Shown here: positions 1 to 11,772 of the stretch, in pieces | How positions within the stretch are numbered: the stretch's first letter is position 1 | Layout: each line of letters opens with the position of its first letter | Assembly: GCF_000315625.1 (NCBI RefSeq) | Contig: NW_005434602.1 | Span: forward strand, 119,848-183,847 | DNA: 64,000 nucleotides | Direction of reading: 5' to 3' | Source of the DNA: Guillardia theta CCMP2712 | Taxonomy: Eukaryota > Protista > Cryptophyta | Program-made: the position numbers and the translations under genes | The notes under the pieces: generated by a model | Told to the model about the DNA's origin: nothing | Seen by the model: only the letters and a program-made list of their open reading frames with translations | Database searches by the model: none

Positions 1-12
1 GATCGAGCTATC

Positions 13-1211
<1,199 letters not shown>

Positions 1212-1489
1212 NNNNNNNNNNNNNNNNNNNNNNNNNNNNNNNNNNNNNNNNNNNNNNNNNNNNNNNNNNNNNNNNNNNNNNNNNNNNNNNNNNNNNNNNN
1301 NNNNNNNNNNNNNNNNNNNNNNNNNNNNNNNNNNNNNNNNNNNNNNNNNNNNNNNNNNNNNNNNNNNNNNNNNNNNNNNNNNNNNNNNNNNNNNGGAGGA
1401 GGAGGAGGAGGAGGAGGAGGAGGAGCAGGAGGAGCAGGAGGAGGAGGAGCAGGAGGAGCAGGAGGAGCAGGAGGAGGAGGAGGAGGTAC

Positions 1490-3806
1490 CTGCTTATCCT
1501 TGAGGGTGCTCTCAAAGTCTCTCGTCTGCTCTACAATCCTTCGCTTCTCCGCATGAGTCGTTGCTAAGGCATCCACCATCGCAGCGACGCCTTCCCTCAC
1601 CCTCTCGTCGTACTCCCGCACAAACTCCTTCCTCGTCTTCTCCCGCAGCTTCAGCACCTTCTTGCGGTTCTTCTCCTCCTCCTGCATGGACGCCAGGTAT
1701 GCCTGATGCTCCAGCCTCTCCCGCGCCTGCCGGTCCCGAAGCTTCCGCTCTGCTCCTGCCTCCAGGTCGCGAAACTTCTTCTCCTCCATCTGCGCAGCTC
1801 CGGCAGCGAGGAACTGCTTCTTGATCTCGATCATCTCCATCTCCTTGCGCAGCTTCTCGTCCTCCTCTATCCTCGCCTTCCTCTTCATCTCGATCTCCTC
1901 CTGCAGCTTCAATTGGGCTTCGTTGCGCACTCGCAGCCGCAGCTCCTTCTCCTCTTCTGCCTTCTTCAGCTTCCGCATCCGCTGCTCCTTGGCATCCTTC
2001 TTGCGGATCTCACGGACCTGATGGATCGTCTTGACTCTTGTGACGAGATCTTCTTCTCGCGCTTGCTTGGTCAGGATGATTTCCTTCCTCCGCTCCTCCT
2101 CCTGCTCCTTCGCCTGCTGCTTCACCATCTCCAGTCGCTCCAACAACTCTGCCATCGACATTGCCTCCAGCACATGCCGCGAGCTCTCGCTCACGCTCGT
2201 CGGATCGAACTGTACAGTCCGGTCCACCGGCACACTCTCGAGAGCACGGATCTGCCGCACGATCTCCATCCTCTCCTCCTCCTCCTTGGCTCGCTTTGCC
2301 TTGGCCTCCTCCTCGAGTCTCTTCGACTCTTCTCGCAGTTCGATGCCGAGCATCGTCTTCGCTTCCAGCACAGCCTCTATCGCAGGTCTGACGTTCTTCT
2401 CTGCAGCCTTCACGTCGTCTACCAGCAAACGCTTCTCCTGCAGCAGCTGCTCCCTCTCAGCCCTCGACATCGCTCTGAACGCCTCCGCCTCCTTCCGCAT
2501 GTCCGCAGCGAACCTACAAGCCCTCGTCAGAACTTCACATAACCCACGAGGAGAGGCTCACTTTTGATTCTCCCGCTCGTTTTGAATCCTTGCTTCCTTG
2601 GCGTTCTGGTCGGTCAGGATCATCTGGACCCTCCGCTGCTCGATCTCTTGCAGCCGCCTCAGCTCGTCCTCCTGTCTCATCCTCGCCTGCCACTCGTAGT
2701 ACTCGCTGTCGTCTCGCAATTCGCTCTCGTACTTCTTAATCAGCGCTGCTTCTTCCTGCTGCTTCTTCCGGAACAGCGCGTCTTCTCTCAGTACCGCCGC
2801 CGTGTTGAGCCGGATGGAGGAGTTCTCGGCCGCCTTGAGAGCCGGCTGCGGGTTTGTGGGCTGAGGAGGAATGAATCTCGTCTGTTCTTCCAGCAGCTTC
2901 TCATGTTCCTGAGCCAGAGCATCCTTGTACTTGCCCGCACGTACCACCTTCTTCGACGAGAGCTTCTCAATCTCTAGCTCTGGCCCCTTGGACTTTGAGT
3001 GCTTCGACAGCGTCTCCTCCCGGGCCTTCTTTCTCGCCTCCTCCACCTTCTTCAGCGTCCCGTCCCCATCTGGATTCTTCACGGACTCGGGGATCGGCTT
3101 CTTGTATGGGTTCTCAAGCTTGATAGCAAACGGCTCTGGAAGCATTCTCGGCCGGGGCTTGGAGAGGTTGAAGGGCTCTACCTTGGTGGTCGGGAGCTGC
3201 CTCTTCACCTTGTCTCCCTCACCGATGTCATCCTCGTCCTTGGTCGACGCGAGGTCCCGCAGCCTCTCGATGATGTCCGACACCTCCGGCAGATTCCTCA
3301 GCAGCTTTGCGATCAGCTCGTCCTCCACGAACTGCTCGTCGTAAAGCCTGCACCACTCCTCCTTCATCCATTTGTTGAGCGTCTGCGCGTTGAAGAGGAA
3401 GGAGAGGAAGACGAACATCTTCTGGGCATCCTGGAACCACCGTCAGCACTCCCTCGCAAGCAAACTCCAGGGTTCGCACCTGCGCAAAGACGAACCGTCG
3501 AAAGATGGGCACGCTCATGTCCTCAAGGCGGATCAGGGTGATGTAAGCGAAGACCATGTAGAGGTTGTAGTCTTCTCTGCTCACTTCTGTTCCGTGCTTG
3601 AAGTAGAGGGCAGTGAGCAACACCTTGATAAGTTTCTTGTACCGCATGGACCCGTACACCACCTGCCTGATGAAGACTGCGTCTCCTTCATCTGAGCAAT
3701 CTATCTGAGCCAGGAAAAGCTCGAGGTGCGAGTCCAGCGTCATCTTGTTGGGCTGGAACGACTTGTAGCATTCTATGCAACGATCCACAAGTTCGCTGGG
3801 CTTCAT
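1490..3806 (-). CDS. CFAP99: Cilia- and flagella-associated protein 99-like (last exon in gap)
   Basis: ORFs 3228-3806, 2558-3418 and 1205-2500 are joined by short introns. Motifs FIRQVVYG, FLSFLFN...WMKEEWCRLYD, TKVEPFNLSKPRPR and IRLNTAAVLREDAL are followed by a long charged coiled coil, as in CFAP99. Confidence 0.8.
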
Positions 3807-4288
3807 TTCAAACGATGCGCGTCAACGAACTAATCAACGCTGCGATTCAATGCCCAGCTCGTGACGACACAGAACGCAGCGGCTTCAGGAATCGAGTAGC
3901 TTGCAGCCGTCTCGATGACACAACATTCAATGCCTAATCTTGTACCTGGTCGAATACATCAGAAACTCTCGGTGTTGAGGCTGTATCAACAAGCGCAACT
4001 TTCAAGACATGCAAAAGAGACAGAGAACATAAGGTCTATCCCAACGCTATGAGTTTCCTTCTGTCCACGCACTTTTTCTATCATAAAACTTGTTGACTCA
4101 CTCAGCAAGAGTCCTTGGGAGGTCTGTTTCAATCAGTTTTCGGATAACTTCGCCATTTTCCTCCCTTCTCATTCCCAGTCCTAGACCTCTCTGCCTCTCT
4201 CTTCTCCTTCCAGCTTCTCTCCCTCCACTCCTCTCGTCCTCTCCTCCCTTCCTCCTCCTCCCCTTCCCGTACTGTCAGAGTATCATTG

Positions 4289-4391
4289 CCAACGGCTGCC
4301 GCCTCCTATAACCGGAAACGGTTTTTGAAACCGTCTAACGGTCGTGGCTGCTGTGCCGCTCGTTACAAACTGTACCGCAAGTGTAACGGCT
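4289..4391. promoter_or_regulatory. Cluster of Myb/MSA-like AACGG sites upstream of CFAP99
   Basis: CCAACGGCT (4289), AAACGGTT (4316), CTAACGGTC (4335), TAACGGCT (4384), plus TAACCG and AAACTG, all within about 100 bp of the divergent intergenic region. Confidence 0.45.
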
Positions 4392-5165
4392 GCAATGAAT
4401 TCATTAGAGGAAGGGGGGCCGAAGCTGGGGTGGTAAGGGATATATCACGAATACAGGGGGTACAGTTAATTTATCACGGGTGGTGTCTAGAAATTTTATT
4501 TGAGTACCGGTACTTATTAGAAAACAATTTCCACTTTGAATGGGTGTAACAAACATTGTTCTGAAGAAGGGTGGGTTATACGCCTAGGGATGGGGTGGTG
4601 TATTTGACCAGTGCAAGCAAAGAGGGTAGGGTTCATAGTTTGTATGCCAAGAAAATGGAGAGGACGGATGTAGGGGAAGGAGAGGGAGAGGAGAAGAGGG
4701 GAGGGAGGAGAAGGTTTCATCACAGCAGAAGAAGGGAACCATCGGCAGATCAATGGAGAGTGTAGGGGCAACGGAAGGAACAGGACAGAAAAGGGCAGGA
4801 TTTGATAGAGGGGAAAGCAAGAATGAGCTGAAAACAATACGAGGGGGTGTAAGTAAATAGGAAGCGAGTTGGGATGCAGTAAGAGGCGACGAGGATGTTG
4901 CCAAAGCGATGATACAGTCGTATTTGAGATTTTATGCTATGATGTAGAGAGGACTGAGGGATAGGCCAGGGAAGAACAAAATGTGCTGTAAAGCACAGGA
5001 TCGAAAGAATATCGAATCACGCATGAAAATAACAGCAGAGTGAATGAAAGAGAAGTTCTTGCTGATAACGAAGCCTTGTTCTCTTCAGTTTGACGTTGAC
5101 AAGCTTGTCTCTTGCTACCCTTGTAATCCTTTCCACTGCTCAACCGACATCGTTGTTTCCATGAG

Positions 5166-6260
5166 ATGACATCTCTTGCAACCTTCCCGCAGTTGTTTCG
5201 CGTCTCCGATGCGCTCTTGCTGAATCGCGATCGGCGTCTGCGAGTGAGGGATGGAGCTCTTCAAGGCTATACAGGAGGCCTTCTGGGCGTCATCGTCCGC
5301 TGTGAGCGTCGAGGTGCGCCTGGTTCAGCATGGGGGGAGGAGGTGACGCTGTTGAAGGTTGGGCCTAGCCTGTTGGAGGTGATAGTCGAAGCCGAGAAGC
5401 AGAAGGATGCCTCCAAGTATCTGCTGGAGAACTACAAGGGGAAGTTCATGGTGTGGAGCCTGCTTCCCGTCCAAGACACAGAAGACTTCGACAACGACGT
5501 CCAGGTAGCGAAAGTTTGTTGCACTCCCTCATCATGGATGATGATGATGATGATGATGATGATAAGTTCATTCACTGCAAACATGGCAGGACATCGCGGC
5601 TTACGTGACAAGCCCACCAGCGCTGGAAGATATCCTGAAAGTTTGCCATTCCATCCATGGCTGGATCGAGTGCGACACTGGAAACGTCGCCGTCGTCCTC
5701 TCCTCCTCTGAGCAACTGGTTGAGTCATCACACTCCCTACCGCTCCTCCTCCTCCTTGCTTCTCTCCTCCTCCTTCTCCTCATGTGACTGACAGGTCTCT
5801 TCATGGAGCGCTCTCATCTGCTGTGCTTACTCGCTCTACTCCAAGTCGTTTGTGCATGCAGCAGAAGCTTTCGCCCACCTGGCATGTCAGCGGGTGCGCG
5901 GAAGCTGCGGTCACGACCAGCCCGTCCCGCAGCTGATGAGGTTGCAGATCGAGGCGACCCTGTCGGCTCAAGACATCCTCTCAAATCCCGAGAGCGCTGA
6001 GTTCAAATACGAAGTGAGGAGGGAGAGGAGGAGGAGAGAAGGGGGGAGTTGAGAAAGGGAAGGGGAAGGGGTGGAGTGAGGGAGCAAGGAGAGGAACGGA
6101 GCTGAGGGTTGATACTCAGGATCTTCCTTTGGTTCACCGCACTTATTTGTTCTATGTTGAAACTCTGATCAAGACCAGGTGAGCATGTCAGAATTCTTTT
6201 CTGTGGGTTGACGATTCGCTCCCTTCTCCTCTCTCTCCCCCTTTCCCCTTCCCTCCTCTC

Positions 6261-6300
<40 letters not shown>

Positions 6301-7763
6301 TCGTCCTTTTCCTCTCCTCCTCTCCTCCTCCTCCCTTCTCAACGGACAGATGCATCCCGCACGACTCCCCCATCTACGTCACGCGCATCGTCATGCATGG
6401 GTTGTCACTTGCTCCAACCTCTCTCCTCCTGCTTGCCTGACCTCGACGGTGAAGGATCCCCAAGATCGCAAGGCAGGGGGAAGTTGGTTGTATCCCCGTC
6501 ATCTCCATGCATTCTGGTGAGGGATATGGAGCTGTTTCTGAACCCCTTATCCCTCCCGCAGTGACCTCAGGGAGGATGATCTTCTCCTCCGAATGGCAGT
6601 CGACCTCCAAGTCTCTCTCCTCCTCCCTCCGTGTGTACAGCGTTGAGGTCTGGTCTCCCTGGTCCCTCAAGCACATCCTCCTCCTCTGTCAACTCGCTCC
6701 TTCGCCACCTGCACTACCTGAGACTCCTTCTGCCTCCTCCTGCCTCCTTCCTCTGTCTCTTCTCATCTTGCTCGACTAGGATTGCTCTGCTATCTTTCCC
6801 GTCAATGCCGGTGAGGAGGGAGTGACTTGCTGGCTGTGTATCCTCTCAAGCTGCTGCAGCGGTGATGGGAGATGTGGTGCTGCGAATGAGCCACAGGCAA
6901 GTGAACCGAAACAGAAAAAGTGGAAGCGAGGCAGCGAGGCAGCGAGGCAGCGGGGGGGTGGGGAGGAGGGGGAAGGTGAGGGGGTGGGGACGAGGAATGC
7001 GATGGAGCAAGGGAGCGAGGGAGCGGGAGAGGGAAAGCAGCATGGGATGAGTTTAGACGTTCAAGTCTAAACGAAGACTGCAGAGAGAGTCTGGAGGAGG
7101 AGGAGAGCAAATATGAGAAGCTGTTCGAGGTGAGAGGATTGAAGGGGAGAGAGCAGGAGGTGGTGATATTCCCTCAGTTCTCCTTTCATTCCGCTATGCT
7201 TCATTATCACCAGCACAAGTCCACATCGAATCCTCAGGTACTCCCTCCCTCCCTCCCTTCCCTCCCTTCCTCCCTCCCTCCCTCCCTCTCTCTCTCCTTC
7301 CTGCCATGAACGTATTCGTGATCTCTCCCGACAGGAAACGATCACCTCCGCTGGTCTCATCCGGCTAGATCGATCATGTGAGTCGTCACGGAGGAGGAGG
7401 AAAGCGATGTGAAGAAACACACGCAGCGCTGGGGATCAGAAAAGATGACAAGAGGTTCGACGAGGTGTGTTAAAAACTTCCTCGTCCTCTTTCGATTCTT
7501 CCTATCTCCGCCTCCTGCGCGTGAAGGATTCGTTGCTCCTTCAGCTCTGACTTCTCCTCCTCCTCCTCCTCCTCTCCCAGGACTTCTCCATCGACATCTT
7601 GATCGCGAGCGACGAGTCCTGCCTCACTGACGACCTTGAATGCAACGTGCAATCCAAGGAATCGAACAAGACTTCTGCTCCTCGTTATGACACCCTGCAG
7701 AGACTTCTTGATGCCTTGCCTCCCGCAGGTACTGAATCTCCTCCTCTTCCTCCTCCTCCTCAT

Positions 7764-7794
<31 letters not shown>

Positions 7795-8912
7795 AGCATC
7801 AGCATCAGCATCAGCATTATCATCTCCATCATCTCCATCATCATCATCATCATAACCTCCTCCTCCTCCTCATATGTGCTCGTAGACGAACATCAGCATG
7901 TGAAGCCGCAGCCTCGACCGACACTCAAAGTGACACCCAACCCTCGCGAAATCCTCGAGGAATTTTTCAGCGACGAAGGTACCAGCTGCTCATTCTGACC
8001 TGCACTATCCCCTCCACTTAGTCTTCTTGTCCTCACTTCCCTCCCCTCCCCTCCCTCCCTCCCTCCCTCCCTCCCTCCCTCCCTCCCTCCTTCTCACTTT
8101 CCTTGGCGCCCTCCCTCTCGTGCTCGACTGAAACTCCTCCTTTCCTCCTGTCTCCTTCTTCTCTCCTCGCATGCACCTCACCATGATCTTGTTCTCATCT
8201 TCTTCTCCCAGTGGATTCGTCGGTCACCTCAAACATCAACAGCGTCCCGATCATCTTCTCTTTCCCTCCTTTCGGCAGCTCGGAGGAGCAAGTGAATTCT
8301 GTCCCTGTCCCAACCAAAAGTCAGACAAGATGCAGGAGGACGCTCCAACTTTGCTACATGAAGGAGACTCGCAGCAGGAGGAGCTGCTGTTGGATCTAGG
8401 TCACTGAATCCTCCCTCCCTCCCCTCCCTCCCTCCCCCTCCCTCCCCCTCCCTCCCTCCCCCTCCTCCTCCTCCTCCCCCTCCTCCTCGTTCAAATGAGC
8501 TAGACTCGGCTGGACCTCGTCTCAGTCACGCTGATCGCTTTGCTAACAGGAGGTGCCATGACGGGACGTCCCGTCCGCGGCTTCTGCATGGTCCTGCCAT
8601 CGCTGGTGAGTCTTGTGCTGCTTACAGACTTGCTGGTTGATAAGTGACATGTACACCTCCTCCTTCTGCCATCAGGTCGTCCTCGAGCCTCTGAGAGTCG
8701 ACAAGAACGCAAGGATGGTGGGGATAGAGAAATGTCAGATCAGAATCCCAGTTGAGAAGGTGGAGCGTCTTGCATCAGCCCTCGTGCTCCCTCACTCGCA
8801 GCACAGATCGTGAAGTTTGAGGTCACCATGAGGGCTGGTCACCCTCCCGCAAGGTGATGTCAAGTTTGTTGTGTCTCATTCAACTGTCCGTCATCATCAT
8901 TGTCAATATCAT

Positions 8913-8943
<31 letters not shown>

Positions 8944-8978
8944 TCCATCATCATCATCATCTCCATCATCATCATCAT

Positions 8979-9009
<31 letters not shown>

Positions 9010-9035
9010 TCCATCATCATCATCATCATCATCAT

Positions 9036-9072
<37 letters not shown>

Positions 9073-10953
9073 TCCATCATCGTCATCATCATCATCATCA
9101 TCATCAATAATGAAGACAACATCTGCAACACCACCACCATCATCACCTCCACCCCTACCTGCCTCTGACTTCTTGTACGGTACAGTTCGGAGCTCGATCA
9201 GCAGATCGTGATAGGTCGTCCTTGTACTCTTCGCTCCTCTCTGTGTCTGAACTCCAGCAGAATGGGATGGCGGATCTTCTATCGAGTTCCGCCGAGTCGT
9301 CCTGATAGACCAGCCACAGGTAGAGCCAACCGCATCTCCTCCTCCTCTCCAACATGTCCTTGAACTTCCCTTCCTCCTCCTCCTCTCCGACATGTCCTTG
9401 AACTTCCCTTCCTCCTCCTATCCGACATGTCCTTGAACTTCCCATCCTCCTCCTCCTCTCCGACATGTCCTCGTCTTCGTCCTTAAAAGGACGTCGTTGA
9501 CTTGCTGTCTCGTGTTAGCTGGAACATGTTCCTGCCATCTCCAAGGAGATCAAGGGCGCCATGGAGGTGCAGGAGGTGAGCATCCTCGTTGTCCTCCTGA
9601 TTCTGCTGCCAGGCGCTTGAGAAACTTCAGAGCAACATCGCGAGCGGATCGCAGGTGGGAGAGGAGGAAGAAGGAGCAGGAGGAGGAGGAGGAGGATGTG
9701 CGGGTGCTGAGGAGGAGGAGGAGGAGGTGGAGGAGGAGGTGGTGGTGGTGGAGAAGAAAAACGACTTTCCTGATAGTTGCCCCGCAGACTTTCTCGTCTA
9801 TTCTCAAGCACAGCGAGGTCTTCACTCCCAACCCTCCCACCCTCCACCTTCCACTGTGACCCTGTGAACGCAGGAGATGCCCAAGTTGATGCGGCACAAC
9901 GAGGAGGGGTTCACGATGGAGGCCGCCTCCATGGTGATCTCGGACGAGCTGAGAGGAGGAGGGAGTGACATGGTGGCAGATTGCCTCGGAGGCAGAGATC
10001 ATCGCCCTGAGAACCTCCATTCCCATTCGCTTCCGCATCATCGATGTGTGTACAGGAGGAGGAGGAGGAGGAGGAGGAGGAGGAGGAGCCCTGCTGACGT
10101 CTCGCAGACCTGGGAGCTCCTCTACTCCACCACCCTCCATGGCATCTCCTTGGAGACTTTTTTCCGCCGCACAGGCTGGTTGGCTCGCTCCTCCTCCCTT
10201 CCCTCGGCTCCGTCCTCCTTGGCTCACTTCAACCACAGGCGAGCTCCGACGCTTCTGCTCCTGCGGGACAGCAAGAGAGCTGTTTTCGGAGCCTTCTGCT
10301 CCGCGCCATGGGAGGCCCACTCGTAAGGAGGAGGAGAAGGAGGAGAAGGAAGGAGGGGGGTTGAGGTGCAGACGAGGAGGAGGGGGAGGGGCTGACGAGT
10401 TGTTGCTGCAGTACCTTCTTCGGCACAGGCGAGAGTTTCGTCTTCAGGACGGTAGAAAACGGCAAGGGCGACAAGAGCGTGCGGGTCTTCCGGTGGAGCG
10501 GGAAGAACTCCTACTTCCAGCTGGCGAGGAGGGGCGAGGGCATCGCTATCGGTCGCATCCTCGTCCTCGCGTCCTCTCACTTCTGACTGAGTGCGAGCAG
10601 GTGCTGGCAAGAACAACGCAATCCGGCTCGACCCCGACTTCCTGGTATGGGAGCAGCCTACTTGACTCCCTCCCTCCCTCCTTCCCTCCCTCCCTCCCAC
10701 CCGCCCGCCCGCCCTCCCTCCATCCATCCATCCATCCATCCATCCATCCATCCATCCATCCATCCATCCATNNNNNNNNNNNNNNNNNNNNNNNNNNNNN
10801 NNNNNNNNNNNNNNNNNNNNNNNNNNNNNNNNNNNNNNNNNNNNNNNNNNNNNNNNNNNNNNNNNNNNNNNCGAGACGTTCGACTCTCCGGGTCTGGCCT
10901 CCTCCAATCAGTTCGAGTGCGTTTTCCTCGAGGTCTGGGGCTTCTCCGACTAG
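5166..10953 (+). CDS. Tensin/PTEN-like (pseudo)phosphatase-C2 plus OXR1-like GRAM and TLDc domain protein (multi-exon; may be two genes)
   Basis: Tensin-PTP-like exons [16 protein letters not shown] and [25 protein letters not shown]2-like [46 protein letters not shown]1-GRAM-like [28 protein letters not shown]. TLDc [50 protein letters not shown], stop at 10951-10953. Confidence 0.7.
8890..9105 (+). repeat. Intronic (CAT)n microsatellite with periodic CTC interruptions
   Basis: Directly visible. It generates the spurious poly-His/Ile/Asp/Met ORFs. Confidence 0.95.
9336..9470 (+). repeat. Intronic minisatellite, about 4 copies of a 30-37 bp unit (CCTCCTCTCCGACATGTCCTTGAACTTCCC)
   Basis: The core 'acatgtcct' recurs four times, three of them followed by 'tgaacttccc', with variable (CCT)n spacers. 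Confidence 0.85.
10720..10771 (+). repeat. (CCAT)n microsatellite abutting an assembly gap
   Basis: Directly visible. Confidence 0.95.
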
Positions 10954-10999
10954 CCCCTAGCCCAACTTCTTCACTGTATTCTAAACATGATCCTTTCTT

Positions 11000-11400
11000 T
11001 GAACTTGCCCTGAATACCGTACTACTATCCGACCAGCTTCCGCCCGCCCGGCTCGTCACTGCCCGGAATGCTGCGATCGGGCCACTGATGACAGATAGTC
11101 ATAGCACAGAGCTAAGAAACCCTTCAACCGACTTCGGGACCGTACCTAACTTAGTAACCCAAGACTGCCGCGCATCCTAGGGCCGCGGGCATGATACGGT
11201 ATAACTTAGTCTAACAAATTCGTACTCCCTCACACTCCCGTCGAGTCCGGCCAGCGGCCCCCACGGCACTGGAGTCCGATCGCTACTAACTTAGGCTTCC
11301 CGCTGCCAGGCTGTGAAAAAAGGCTCAGGCCAGTCGGACCGCCGGGCCGCCGGGCCGGGCCCGGGCCGGCAGGCCGCTCATTCTATAATGTCTGCCTCAG
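11000..11400. repeat. GGCC/CCGG-rich intergenic element with shuffled short words
   Basis: Recurring AACTTAG (x3), CCGTAC, TCCGA and GGCCG/CCGGG. A similar vocabulary occurs at 26960-27130, 45230-45610 and 55900-55960. Confidence 0.5.
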
Positions 11401-11772
11401 AATCAGTAATAGTGAAAAGGGAATGGCAGCAATCAAATGTTCTCAACCCTCCGAGCTGAACAGAGCTGCCCTGTCGCATCATCGGATGACGAAGAAGAGC
11501 GACTTCAGAAGGGGAGAGCCATGAACGACTCTGATGCGCTCCTCCTCCGCCCTCTCCCTCTCTCCTACTCCTCCCTCTCCCTCTCTTCTCCTCCTCCCTC
11601 TCCCTCTCTCCTCCTCCTTGTCCTTCTCCCTCTCCCTCTTTCGTGTCCCCTTCTTCGTTGCTCGGCTCCCCTCTGCAATTCACCAGTCACTCCGTTTCCA
11701 TGAAGCAGAAGCGATAAGAACGGAAGTCGACCAGTCTCTCTCATCTGAAAGGAGCTCTCGTTTCCTTGCGCG

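Noticed and set aside
8854-9211. Poly-His/Asp/Met/Ile ORFs
   Set aside because: They are translations of an intronic (CAT)n microsatellite.
9336-9470. CRISPR-like spaced direct repeats
   Set aside because: The spacers are only variable CCT runs, the context is a eukaryotic intron, and there are no cas genes.
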